From contig NC_045697.1 in NCBI RefSeq assembly GCF_009834535.1, positions 98,458,001 through 98,522,000 on the forward strand: a DNA stretch of 64,000 nucleotides, written 5' to 3'. Positions 51,869 to 64,000 of the stretch are shown here, piece by piece (position 1 is the first letter of the stretch; each line of letters begins with the position of its first letter). The stretch is from Camelus ferus (lineage: Eukaryota). The notes under the pieces were generated by a model that saw only the letters and a list, made by a program, of their open reading frames with translations, had not been told where the DNA came from and did no database searches. The translations under genes were made by a program, and so were the position numbers.

Positions 51869-52606
51869 CACAGGAATACACACGGATCTAGGAGATTTAA
51901 AACTGCTTAGAGGTGGACCATGGGTTCCCATTTCTCCTGGGCTTCAGAATTATTTTGTGGGGATGACAAATCTCTTCACCTCTCTCAGCTGTAAAATGGC
52001 CTGACAAAGAAAATGACCTATTCAAAGAAGTAGGTATTTAAATGATGGTCGAATTTTGCAAACACAGAGCCAGATCTCCCTAAATTCTTCCAGCAATGAC
52101 AAACTTTTACTTTTTCTTCCCATGGGTATGGTAAGTTTGGGAAACAAAGACTCTCCCAGAGATACGTGCTGTTGTTTTCATATACAACGGAAATTCTCTA
52201 CACGTGCTAGTCAGTCCACTGCCAGCATGTGGGCCACCTCGTCGCCAGCTTTGTTAATTCAGTGATGATGAGCGATGTAGATGCCTCCACTGGGTACCAC
52301 CTAAGAAGCTTGTTTTGTACCCAGCCGGTACCCAAAGGAACAAAGATGTTCTCTTTTCAGGCAGCAGCATGAATAAAGACTAATGCCACTCACACAAATC
52401 TACACCAACCATTACCCGCCAGACCACAGGACGATGTGAGCCCGGTCCTCACACCTGCCCCAGATATCAGGTGCTCATTCAATGCAGGCTCCACTTTGTA
52501 GAGCCCCATCCCTGGAAGTTCTTCATCCACAAAACACCCAGGGCAAGGAGGGCGACGTTAAAACTATAATAAACTGATGATTCTTCCTTTAAAACAATGC
52601 TTCATT

Positions 52607-52904
52607 GTTTTTGTAAATTTTATCTACAAACCAGAAACAGACTTACAGACATAGAAAAACAAACTGTGGTTACCTGGAGAGAATAAATTAGGAGTTTGGG
52701 ATTAACAGATACATATTACTATATATAAAACAGACAAACAACAAGGACCTACTCAATTTTTTATACTGAGCTGTAATGGAAAAATAATACATATACGTAT
52801 ATGTATGTATATGTATATCTGAATCGCTTTGCTGTACACCTGAAACTAACATTGTAAATCGACTACACTTCAGTAAAAAATAAGAATTAAAAAAATTTAA
52901 AAAT
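52607..52904 (+). mobile_element. L1 3' tail
   Basis: acagacttacagacatagaaaaac...gaatcgctttgctgtacacctgaaactaac; TSD aaaaca[a/c]tgcttcatt at 52591-52606 and 52905-52920. Confidence 0.9.
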
Positions 52905-54641
52905 AAAACACTGCTTCATTCTGACTTGGGAGAAAATTATTTAACTTACCATCTTTCTTGGGATTTAATTTCCAATCTGCATTCTAGAAAGTGACATCCT
53001 ACTAATATCAAAATTACATCAACATAACAGGGCTGCTAAACTAATTTTAACTACCAATGAAGATAATCAATAAGTAAAAGAGGACATTGAATTTGATGAC
53101 ATACTGGGGAAGCCGCTGCACCAAGAATGTCCTGGATGTGAGTTGAACTCCTCATGAAATAAGAGGGAAACATTTCCATCTTCTTAACAAAAGAAGAGCC
53201 TCTAAAATATCAAAAGAGAAAAACCCTGCCAATGAACCTTTCAGGCTGATTCAGAACATTTGCGAAGTTGAGACACCTGAAGAGAAACACGTGACTCGAT
53301 TGATAGCATCCAGAAGTTTCTGTCCCACTTACAGCTCGTTGCTCGCTGACCCAAAGGTGAGGCTCTACCTACAAAGACAGGCTGAATGCCAACTTGTACT
53401 GCCTCATTTTGTAAAGCTCGGCACTCTGAAGCGTAAATGTCCCTGCTTAACAAATGGTGAGCAATTTAATCCACTGCATGCAGACAAGACCAAGGCCAAA
53501 GTCTAACAATAGCTCCCCTCTCCCTGAGTCCTTGAATTAGTGAATGTTATTACAAAAAGAAAATATACTTTTATCTAGATTGCTACTTTTTCCCTCTGCT
53601 GTCTTCTGTGGCTTTGCCTATACGCTCACAGTTTGTAGTTAAATTGGACAATTACTGGGCGAGAAGTGAATAATTAATGAACAGTCACTGTATATGTTTG
53701 GGAAACTGTGACCCAATCATTGAACAAATAGCTGAACCACTAAAATAAATGACTTGTTCCACTCATTACCTGATCAGCATTTGTTTAGAGGTTCCTAGGT
53801 GCCCTATCAAAATTCTAATCAGTTCTATTTAAATTACATTTTTGCACTGCATTGTTATAAATGCTAATTTATGCCTAGAGTGGAACAGCTTTACTTCTTA
53901 CCTCCTGAAGAAACGGATGAATAAAAACATACTTCTACAGGGCATAAAGGATTATCAAGAGTTCAATGACTATTGGAATTTGCACTTGCCAAAACACATC
54001 CTGAAACTCGGAGCTGAAGCTTTAGGAGACAACAGGACGTTTGAATCCTCCCACAACAAAGCTGTCCCTGTGAGGAGACAGAGGACTGTCACCGCAGCAG
54101 CTGTGACCACCACCAGGGACTTCCTGCCATTGGGGACAGGAGCAGCTTTGGGGGTAAGGAAGGAAAAGAAGGGAAAATTGATCCTGCCTGAGAATGATTC
54201 AGAAAATCTTAAAAGCAGATGGTTGTTTCAGAATCTCTGGGCAACTTCTCTGCATTGGGAGGAACTGCTCCAAACCTGGTACCACATCTGCTTGTGCTGA
54301 GGATGTCCATTTCCACCAGCTTGCAGGAGGTGACCCAGTTACCATATCAAACGACACCTCCACATCTCCTTTCACAATTAGTTTGGCCTCCAACCTCAGT
54401 ACCAAAGTGCGGCTTGAGTCAATGAAAGAAGCTCCAGCCCAGAGGAGGCAGAAACACAGTTTTATTCTCTCTGATGTAAGAAGCCAGCCCAACTTGTAGC
54501 CTGTGGGTGGCCCAGACCAGCCCTAAGTCATTTGGGATCTAAAAGACCTCAGAATAGAATGAAGATCAAGAATGGTGTTTTAGAAATAGCTAGAATCTCC
54601 TAATGAGACCACATTAAAAGTCCTACTTGTAAAACTACTTT

Positions 54642-54809
54642 GTGAGAGGGTGTAGCTCAGTGGTAGAGCGCATGCTTAGCATGTGCAAGGTCCTGGGTTC
54701 AATCCCCACTATCTCCATTAAAAATAAATAAATAAATGACTAAAGCTAATTACTCCCCCCACCAAAAAATATAAATAAACTTTTAAAAATTTAAATAAAA
54801 ATTAAAAAA
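54642..54809 (+). mobile_element. Camelid tRNA-derived SINE (Vic-1-like)
   Basis: gtagctcagtggtagagcgcatgcttagcatg...gtcctgggttcaatcccc; exact 12-bp TSD taaaactacttt at 54630-54641 and 54810-54821. Confidence 0.92.
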
Positions 54810-55919
54810 TAAAACTACTTTAATAACCAATATTCCTTGCCCCTCCCAGGGCCTGCGTCTGTGGAAGTCAGTGAGCCTGCCATTACCCCACTTGGCGTGG
54901 GAGGCATCAAACTCAGAATTCATTGCTGAAAGTTTTTTTTATAAGCCGAGGAATTACCTTGAGAGGTTTGAATTTCCAAGCGCAAGTCAGCAGCTGCTGG
55001 GGAGGCCGAGGCCACCTCAATCATCCCGGCAGCACGAGTCTCTCGAGTCTCTCATGGTGAGGGGGCGAGGCGAGCCCGGATCAGCCTGGCTTAGGGCTGC
55101 CTGGCCGGGGGTGGAAAACATGGGTTCACACAGCGTTTAACCTCTTTAAAGCAGGGCAATGCGGCAGAGGCTTAAAACAAGGCTGGAACATTTTCTCGCT
55201 TATTATCACCTTGATAACCTGTTCTTGTAGCCAAGGAAGGGATGTCATGAGGAAGTGGGGTCTAGGGGGAGCACCGGGAGAGGAGGGGCGGGTCAGACCC
55301 TGAACAGGAGGAGAACAAGCTGCTGTTTTCTTGTTTTCTGAGAGCAGTTGGGAAAAGGGGAAGGAAGTTTGCTTTCTAAATATTTCTCCTTTTAAATAGA
55401 AGTGCTATTTTCCAGATCACTTAATGGGAAAGAGGAGAAGACAATTGCTTTCGCTCCTCTTCTGTGAAACCTAGTCATTAGTTTGGAAGCAAAATTTCTC
55501 TATGAAATACCTACATGATGGTAGCATTTCTGGGATATCTAAGGGTGGGAGAGAGAGTAGAGATGGGAGAAGCCAGGCAGAGCAGGAAGAGCTGTGTTTG
55601 GGTCCTTGTCAGGGAGAAGATGGTCATAACCTGGGATAGAGAGTGGCTGCAAAGACTTCTGCTGGTGGGAGTGGTCCTCCTGGAGAGAGTGACCTGTGCC
55701 CCCTCCCACACCTTCCCAAGGAGGGCTAAAGAAGCATGCCACGCCTTTCCATGGCTGAAACCAATCCTAAAAGGAGTCTTTTTAGGGAAATTAAAGTTGT
55801 ACAGTAGTGTTTCTCAATCTTGTTTAAGTGATAATAATAATTGATTCCAATATTCATAAAAATCTCTCATCCTTCATTAAAGTGCTTTGAATGAACTCCA
55901 AATCAAAGCTATGTGATGG

Positions 55920-56699
55920 ATAAAAGTCTACAAATAACAAATGCTTGAGAGAGTGTGGAGAAAAGGGAACCCTCTTACACTGTTGGTGGGAATGTAAATT
56001 GGTGCCGCCACTATGGAGAACAGTAGAGAGGTTCCTTAAAAAACTAGAATTACTACATGATCCAGCAATCCATTCCTGGGCATATATCTGGAAGAAACTC
56101 TATTTCAAAAATACACATGCACCCCAGTGTTCATAGCAGCAGTATTTACAATAGCCAAGACATGGAAACAACCTAAATATCCATCAGCAGATGACTGGAT
56201 AAAGAAGCTGTGATATATTTATACAATGGAATACTACTCAGCCACAAAAAAAGAAAGAAAGAATGCCATTTGCAGCAATATAGATGGACCTGGAGATTGT
56301 CATTCAAAGTGAAGTAAGTCAGAGAGAGAAAGAAAAATACCATATGATAGCACTCATATGTGGAATCTTTAAAAAATGATACAAATGAACTTATTTACAA
56401 ACCAGAAATAGACTCACAGACATAAAAAACAAACTTATGGTTACCAAAGGGGAAGGCAGGGGGAGGGATAAATTGGGAATTTGGAATTAACAGATACACA
56501 TTACTATATATAATATAGAAAAACAACAAGGTCCTACTGTATAGCACAGGGAACTGTATTCCATTGTAATAACCTATAATGGAAAAGAATCTGAAAAAGA
56601 ATAGATATAGTTATAACTGAATCACTACTGTACACCTGAAACATTGTAAATCAACTATAATTCAAAAATGTTTAATGCATAAAAATGGTTAAAAAAAAA
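55920..56699 (+). mobile_element. L1 3' fragment
   Basis: ORF 55945-56136 is L1 ORF2 C-terminus ([17 protein letters not shown]); typical 3' UTR and poly(A). Confidence 0.92.
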
Positions 56700-57230
56700 A
56701 AAGCTACATGGTAGGAGTATGTTGTGTAAAAGCCTCTGTTTGTTATTCCTAACACCAGATGACTCTACAACCCACCTACCACGCTTCTGCTTGAGACGCT
56801 TAGTCCTTGATAATATTTCTGGTCAAATCCTTGTTTATCACTTACATTTGAGGAATAGGATTTTAATTTTCCAATCTGAAAAAAAGAGAATTAAGTCACC
56901 AGGGGAATATGTACTATCTACTTTATTCCTAAATTTTCAGATTGTGATGCTTGATCACCATTGTGATTACCTTATTTTCATTGCAGGAATTTGACATTAA
57001 CTGAATGGCCACAATTTTCCTGACTATTCAGGATAAATGATGCGGCGGTGTCACAAAATCATGGTTACCATTGACTCCAGGCCAATAATTTGGCTTTCCA
57101 TTCCAAAAGGTGATGTTCCCAATCAAAATGGTGCTTGTGTCAGAAATATGGGACAAGAGGTCAAATGAGAGGGCATATTCCATCTGTGAGGTGATTCACA
57201 TTTTTAACATATCAGTTAAGCCTCCAACCA

Positions 57231-57330
57231 TATCAGTTATAAAAATACTGAACAAATCCAAAGGTAGAGTCCTGTGATATATCACTAGAGATCTCATTCC
57301 AGATTTAAATCAGTAATTCATCAACATTAC
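57231..57330 (-). mobile_element. CR1/L3 reverse-transcriptase fossil fragment
   Basis: Minus strand reads WNEISSDISQDSTFG-LFSIFITD, corresponding to WREVSSGVPQGSVLGPVLFNIFIND. Confidence 0.6.
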
Positions 57331-57340
57331 ATATATCTTA

Positions 57341-57720
57341 TTGTTCAGCCTTTTAGCAATTACTGACAAGATGAAATGGAAGTGTGTATTTGTTAAACTT
57401 GAAGGTGGCATAAAACTGGGAGAAGCAGTTAATACTTCCTATTCCACATGATTCAAAAATTCTAGCCAGGCTGGAGCAAGAGGGGAAATTCAATATGAGA
57501 TATCACAGGAAAAAAGGTAGCCCTGCACTTAGGTTCAAAAAGCCATTTTAGGTATGTTTTAGCAGCAATCATGTGAAAAATCAGCGAGGCTCTTACTTTG
57601 ATAAAATCTGTATAAGCCAGTGTGATATGGCTACCCAAAAATGCCAATTCTAGTTTAGATTAATAGGCATCTAGTCCAAACAAGAGATTAATAGTTCTGT
57701 GTTTGGTGGTCAACCATCAC
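57341..57720 (+). mobile_element. CR1/L3 reverse-transcriptase C-terminal fossil
   Basis: VKLEGGIKLGEAVNT (KFADDTKLGG), RLEQ, ALHLGSK (VLHLG), SQCDMATQK (SQQC..AAKKAN), colinear with CR1/L3. Confidence 0.7.
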
Positions 57721-57937
57721 ACCATGAGGAAAAAGAAATTAGTACAATCTCTTTGACCAGCTTTGTGAATGTGAACCAGTCATGTGGTTTAAGCCCTAGT
57801 GTTCTCCAGAACACTAGGAATATGGAAATGGAAATAATACTAGCTGGCAAACATAGTCCCACAAAATTGTTGTAATCATATGAGACAGTTTCCATTAAAG
57901 CATTCCGAAAATTCTGACGTATCATTGCACTGGACAT

Positions 57938-58420
57938 CTGTTGTTGGTTATCCCCAAACCACCCACCTCTTTCCAGTAGACGTTCTACTTTGGGGAACCT
58001 CCCTGTTACTATTCTTAGCTGTGTAGCGGGCCTTAATGGGCTGCGGCCACAGGAATTGGTTTAGGAACGGGCAAGTAGCCCATTCAAGGCCAAGGATACA
58101 AGCAGGTTGTGCTATCGCTTCTGAAAAAAAGATGCTCTTGTTCCTTTACTGCATTTGGTCATACAAGAAGGTGGGTCTTGGGATAGCATCTTACTACCTT
58201 GGAAGGAGTCCACCTGAGGGTGAGGCTGACACACAAGGAAGGCAGAAATGAAAGAGAAGAGAAACAAAAGCCCTCGTGTAATATTCAGGATCAGACCCTC
58301 GCCCCAGAGGAAGCCAGCACCCCTCTGGACTGTGCTGTATTCTAAGCCCACGTAGTCTATTCCCTTGTTTAAGTCACTTTGAACAAGGTGTTTCTGTCAC
58401 TGCAGCAGGAAGAGCCGTAT
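57938..58420 (+). mobile_element. ERVL-MaLR LTR (MLT1J/K-like)
   Basis: ggccacaggaattggtttagg...cctgagggtgaggctgacaca...gaagccagcacccctctggact...tttaagtcactttga...tttctgtcactgcag. Confidence 0.7.
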
Positions 58421-59069
58421 GCTTGTGCATTCATTTAAGCACCTTGGAAAACCCAGTTATTCAAATATATGGGAAAACTAAATGGGAGAGTTTTCAAACG
58501 GATGTATCTATGTAATTTCAAGAATAATGAAGTCTATGTTTAGATTGGGTTAGACTGTTAAGATTGTCAGGTTCTTATGTCAGTTATACTGCTATGCTGC
58601 ATTATGTTCCCTAATTGTAAGCAAAAATGTCATTATTGACTATGCCTTGGATTCCAAGGCTTATATGAGGAAATGCACAAAAATTGTGTTCTAAAAATAA
58701 TTTTTTAGCCTTCTGCCTCTGGAAAAGCCGTGTTTCCAGCCTCCCCCATCTTGTCTTCCTTGTCTCCCTGCTGAGCTAATAGCCAGATCTCCAACTAAAA
58801 CAGCAGTCCCCATCTCTGATTAATGGGACCTTTCTCCCCACCTTTTTTAATGGATTCCTCCCATTGCAATTTCAATCAGAACATTGCTGGGAATCCCTCC
58901 TGGTGTCTCTCCAGGACCACTTCTATTGCCATTTTTTATATATTCTTCCTCAAAAAGAGAAAAGCCAAAGAAATGTCTCTACACTCCAAGGCTGAAATCA
59001 ATGTGGAAGGTGAAGGAACGATAGCATTTTCTAGCCGTGAAGGGCTTAGAGCCATCCGCTGGTCCAGGA

Positions 59070-59305
59070 GTCGGCCAGGGACTAAATCCAGCCCACCTAT
59101 AATCAGCCCACCTGATTTTTATTTACAAGTGTTTTTGTAAATAAAATTTCATTTGAATACAGCTGTGCCTATTAGTTACATATTGTCTATGGCCACTTTC
59201 ATGAGACGACGGGAGACTTGAGTAGTCAGACAAAGACTATAGGGCCCCCCAAACTAAAATATTTACAATCTGGCCCCTTATGGAAAACACTGGCAAACTT
59301 CTTAT
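59070..59305. mobile_element. MER58A hAT-Charlie MITE
   Basis: tgtttttgtaaataaaattt...tacatattgtctatggccacttt...ttgagtagt...ctaaaatatttacaatctggccc. Confidence 0.85.
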
Positions 59306-59689
59306 CTCATCCAATCATTTCATTTTTAAAAAGACTCTTAGCCCAAAGGCTTAAGGGCTTAAAGTCTAGCTAATAGGAGATGAGAGGCCAAACCCAGCTT
59401 TGTCCCACATGGTGGCGTTTTTCTGTTCTACTCTCATCCACCTACTAGATTACAGGTGCCTTGTGGGCAGGGATTGTGCCTCGTATTTCTGTTGTATCAC
59501 AAACAACGGAGGCTGGATACTGAAGTCATCATTAAAACTAGTTAATAAATGCAAAGGGATTGAGAAAATAAGGGATGCCTTTAGAGATTTCTCTTCCATG
59601 TCAACCATCTCCCCTCCTGCCTCCATAGCCTCCAAATTTTTGCAGCCACAAATCAGTCCTTTTCCCAGTGGACATCGAGCTTCTATCTG

Positions 59690-59820
59690 TCACATCATCT
59701 TTAAAATGACCTAACAGTATCCACCTCCCAGAAAGGAGATAAAGCATGTAAAGCCCGTAGCACTGTGCTTGGCACACGTTAAACTCTCAAAGAACAGTAG
59801 TTTCTTTACCATCATCGTCA
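59690..59820 (+). mobile_element. MIR 3' fragment
   Basis: catcatctttaaaatg...gagataaagcatgtaaagc...agcactgtgcttggcacac. Confidence 0.65.
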
Positions 59821-62800
59821 TCATTATCAAAATGAAGATGCCCTGAGATAGAACTGGATCCCGGGTGGAAGATGTAATTACTGAATTGAAGATTTCTCTT
59901 AGATCCTTCCTCAAATAATTGGAAAAATGCAAGAAGGTGGGGTCCCCACACTTGATTTCTGCAAACAATTGAGTTCATATCCAATTGCCATCACCCAGGG
60001 AAGTCAGAGTGCAAGTGGGGGGAACATTCTCCCAGATCCCAGCAGTATCTGTGGCATTGGAAGGAGAAAAGAAGATTCTTTCCCTGAGGCTAAGGCATAA
60101 CAAATGAACTAAAGAAATAAACTAAGGAAAAACTTAGAGGTTTATCAAACAGCATGTGTATAGTGTGGATCCAACTGGGGTCAAGAACATTTGTCTGGAT
60201 CCTCCCCACAATGGGAATGTCCTCCCTGATAGCAGGGGCGCCCCTTAGGCCACACGGGCCCCTGTCTCTGATGGCAGTAACTCTTCCTTTAGGTTTGATG
60301 GCGGTAACTCTCACTCAGTCAACAGGAATTTATTGTCATTGTTCAACTGCCTCCCATGTACATTGCATAAAAGACTTGTAACTATGGGCAACATATCTTT
60401 ACCTTCCACTCCATCCTTTTGCCAAAAACTTATGCTTATCATGTTATATTGTATCTCTGATAGTGCCTAATATGGACAACAGAAAGAAAAAATAAGCCTT
60501 CTAACCCCATGCCGATGGAAACAGCCAGGTCCTCCTCTTCCACCCCATCCCCCTTTCAAGTCTAAGATGGGAGATGTCAATCACTCTTTAGATAAATGCC
60601 CCTTTAGAACCTAACAGGCATGCTGAGAGCAATGTGGGCCACCCTCTCCCCTATCCAATTTCTTTTTTTTTTAATGCTAATCACAGGGAGTCAAAATTTT
60701 CCAGGATGGCTTAGCCCACGTGGGGAACCAAGCCCTCTCTGTGACCCTCTGTGACGTGCTAAATTCATCTGCTCAGGCCTTGGCAGCCAGAAAGATGACT
60801 GGGGCTAAGTTACTAGGAAAATCCCACATTTGGAGGGCCCTTCCCACCCCGGCCCCACCCCTACTGCCTCCGTCTCTGCCTGTCATTTTGTTCTCTAAGA
60901 ACTCAAACTGGGTGGCCAGACTGTTATTTTAAAAAAAGTCTTTTAGTAGCGTCTCTACCCAGAACTGCCTCATCACAATGATCCTCACCCAGCGAGGGAA
61001 CTTCACATTGAGAATGGATATGGTTTGCAGCCAGCACCAAATGTCTCTCCTTCTGCCTTTCTTGCCTTCTGATCAATCAGTACATGTGAAACTCCCAAAT
61101 GAAGAGTAAACACACGGCTCAGGTTCCTTTCATCTCCTAACATATGTCATGAAGGGGAAAAGAAAAAAAAACCATTCCCAGCTTCAATCAGCCATCCGTT
61201 CTCTGAAACTTGAACCTTAAACTGAAAGGGATGCGGGGGAGCTGGGAGGAGGGCGGACTCCTCACAAGATAATAGGTATTCGCTGCATACCTGAGTCTTG
61301 GAGTCATTATCTCCCCTGCGAGCACTTCTGTATTTATATATAATGAGATCATTACCAGGCAGCTCTTCCAATTTTATTCAGACTTTAATATTTCTTGAAG
61401 GAAAAAAATAGCATACAAAAGGGTTTGTGATGCCAACTCAATCAGACGTGCTGTTGATGGGGAATTATTCAAGTGCAAGCCAGAACAGGAAAGAAAATAA
61501 TTTCAGAGAGGTTTCTGTCAAAGCCGAGTTCTCCTGTGATGATGTTTCGAGTGAACGTGCCCAAGCGTCCAGAGGTGAGGAAGGAAACACAACAACTGAC
61601 AGAAGAGAGGGTTGTGTGTGGATAGGATTAAAAAACAGGCGTGTTCCAGCCTAACCCTTCCAGCAGGTAGGGCAGGGCCTCCTGCCGGGCCAGCTCCCAC
61701 CCGGCATTCAGCAGGTAATTAGACAAGGAAAGGGGCTTTACTCGCTGTCAGCCTCACGAGGAGCAGTCTTGTGTCGGAATTAACCCTTTTGTGGTGTTGC
61801 CTCCTTTTGTGGTTGAACTCGAGTGGCTAGTGAGGTGGGCCGTCCTTCCTCCGTTTGCAACAAGCAGCTTTCCTTTAAAGCAGGGACTTGCTCTCTCCCC
61901 ATCCCTGGGGCCTCTTCAGGAAAGAGACTCCGGCAGGATTTGCTGCCCCTCTGTCCTCATGCATACAAAATGGCTTGGCGTTCAGTGCCCCCGTGGATCA
62001 AATAATCTGGCTGAGGTTTAATAAACCACACTTTGTCCATTTTCAGCAAATTAGAAAGTCAAATGAAGGAAATCAAATATCAAGACGGAGCAAAAAGAAA
62101 TTCTCTGCGATAATCTAGAGGGTGCCTCGGGATTATTCCAAGCCTTGGGTGACAATTATGAAAACTGTTCATCACTGCCCAGCACCTTTAGAAATACTCT
62201 CTGCTGATGTGAGCTCTCTGGGTGTCTGAACTCTGGATGACCGTGAACTTACTCATTCATTTCTAGCATCTGTGGTTTAGCCTGAGATTAGAAATACAGG
62301 AGGAGGACCCTCTTGGCTCTTAGTCCTCAGTTCTGAGCTGCACATGGGGACAAGTGGGTAGAACAGGACCGAAGGCTTGTCGTCACAAGAAATGTGAAAT
62401 TAAAGGGACCTGGGTCTTTTTATGGTGCTGGTAAAGCACCCACTATACTTTTCCTAACAGGCTAAACCACAATAGCATTGGAAGAAAATATACAAAGTGT
62501 ATCTGCTCTCCACTGGGCCCCCAAGCATGATTTCAGTGTAGAGCTGGTAGATGTTTTATTATTTTGTTATCCTGCCTTAAAGAGATACCTTGTCACGGTT
62601 ACTAGTCCTGGTAAAATCGTTAAGACTATTTTATAGATCCTAGTCTTGGGGTGTATTCAACACTTAGAAATCAATTTGTAAGAGAAAGAAAGGGAGGGAG
62701 GATGGTGATCTCCTGTCTCTGTGAAATATAGCCAGCTCCACCACAACCTACCTCGTCTGGGCAAAGAACTGCGTCAGAATCGTCCTAAAAACTCTTGAAC

Positions 62801-64000
62801 TTAAAAGAGACTTAAACAGGAAAATGGGAACAATTTTCTCTCCCTACCTAAGTCCACGTTAGCAGGTCATAGCAATCATTTGAAGATTTACTCCTTGAAA
62901 AGGAGAAGAATCAGCCCAATAATTATTAAATTTCTATCCATTGTTCACTATTTGTTACCATGCATGTGCTTGTGTGTACTTGTGTGTCTGTGGAGACAGA
63001 TTTTCCATTCACCATTAATATGGATTCTCCTGAGGAGTGTGACAACCCAACAGTGGTCCTCCATCTGCCTCCTTGTCCCTTTATCCACCCTTTGGTCTTC
63101 CCTCACAGACTTCAAAGAAGAAAGGTCTCTTTTCTCAAAAACCACTGCCTCTCCAGCATCCTCAACCCAGTGTCCTCTGGTCCTTTCCTTCTGTCATCAG
63201 ATATGCTCATGTTCCTCTTCTGCGGAAAATCGTCCAAAGCCTGGGTACCAGGAGACATGGGCTCCAGCCCCTGCCCTTCCACGCACTTGTGGTGCCACCA
63301 ACAAGACTGGTAAGAGCATCGTGTCCCCTCGAGCTATTTTCATGACTCGGCCTTGCTACTGCCTGCAAAGATTGCTTTATTTTAATCCTTTCTTTAGTCA
63401 AACCTTCATTACCTCACCATACATTCTCTCGTTAAACATCTAAAATATAGTTCTCCCACCCACCCACCACACCAATAAAACGACTCTTCAGGATCATCAA
63501 ATCCAACCATTGCCCAAACAAATCATCTATATGGACACCTAATGCTTTAGACTTTTTGGATAAAAAAATACCTGACATGATGGCAGGAAGCCCATTTCTC
63601 TGACTCCCCAAGGCTGACCTCCCACATTGTCTGTTCCTCTCTGGCTCAGCTCTGTCTGGTCCTACCTGTCTGCTCGGGGGCACGTGGCTTTATTCATAAC
63701 TGGGCAGCAGGTATACATGCGAGGGCTTCCGAGAGGAAGAGATGGCACTCTCCAAACCCACTGCCCCCACCACCTCCCTACACAGAGATCTCCTCCACAC
63801 GAAATATGTGACTGAAGAGTCATCTCTTTAGATTAAAGTCTTGTATCTTACAGCATCTTCTGTTTGAAAAGAAAATGCCTTTAAAAAGATTGTACAGTAG
63901 TTCATCACCTATTAATATGAAATTAATTTAGTAAACAATTAACTGTTACCTCAGAAATCAGAAAGTAGCACATAGTATTCTATTGGAAGAAATAGAATAT

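Noticed and set aside
53842..54499. 152-aa and 101-aa ORFs
   Set aside because: No recognisable homology or splice structure; lengths are compatible with chance in 64 kb across six frames
32881..54809. tRNA-like A and B boxes at the four SINE heads as tRNA genes
   Set aside because: No complete cloverleaf; they are followed by SINE body and A-rich tail, and most have TSDs
11188..56136. ORFs 11188-11499, 24982-25317, 38237-38911, 44852-45182 and 55945-56136 as genes
   Set aside because: They are translations of L1 ORF2 or 3' UTR remnants with stops and frameshifts, inside L1 insertions
60269..60311. 16-bp near-identical direct repeat tgatggc[a/g]gtaactct (and a similar 12-bp pair at 17460-17490)
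   Set aside because: Only two copies; an ordinary local duplication, not a CRISPR-like or functional array
62880..63443. 187-aa ORF
   Set aside because: TTG start, pyrimidine-rich composition that avoids stops, no homology recognised

Overview
Mammalian, repeat-rich, almost entirely non-coding DNA. It is very probably camelid (camel/alpaca): it carries four tRNA-derived SINEs of the camelid (Vic-1-like) type and cetartiodactyl/camelid-type L1 3' tails. A large part is transposon-derived: L1 3' fragments (many with readable target-site duplications), HAL1/L1ME/L1MC, L2, MIR, CR1/L3 fossils, MaLR and ERV1-type LTRs, and hAT MITEs (MER5A1, MER58A, MER103C). Family names come from remembered consensus sequences and boundaries of old elements are approximate. 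I recognise no gene. The only credible coding candidate is a + strand last exon at 2717-2949, with a good acceptor, an open frame to TGA and a downstream AATAAA. The other ORF-track entries look like chance ORFs or L1/microsatellite translations. The most notable unexplained signals are a GATA/PBX-HOX/MEIS motif cluster (~32.4-32.8 kb), a four-fold TGACATCA cluster (~22.0 kb), a CpG-retaining unique segment with overlapping ~200-codon ORFs and internal repeats (~45.8-46.7 kb), a rare CR1 endonuclease fossil (~35.1-35.5 kb), an L1 with a microhomology-joined ~3 kb internal deletion, and several template-switch-like micro-rearrangements. I see no evidence of a new multi-gene biological system.
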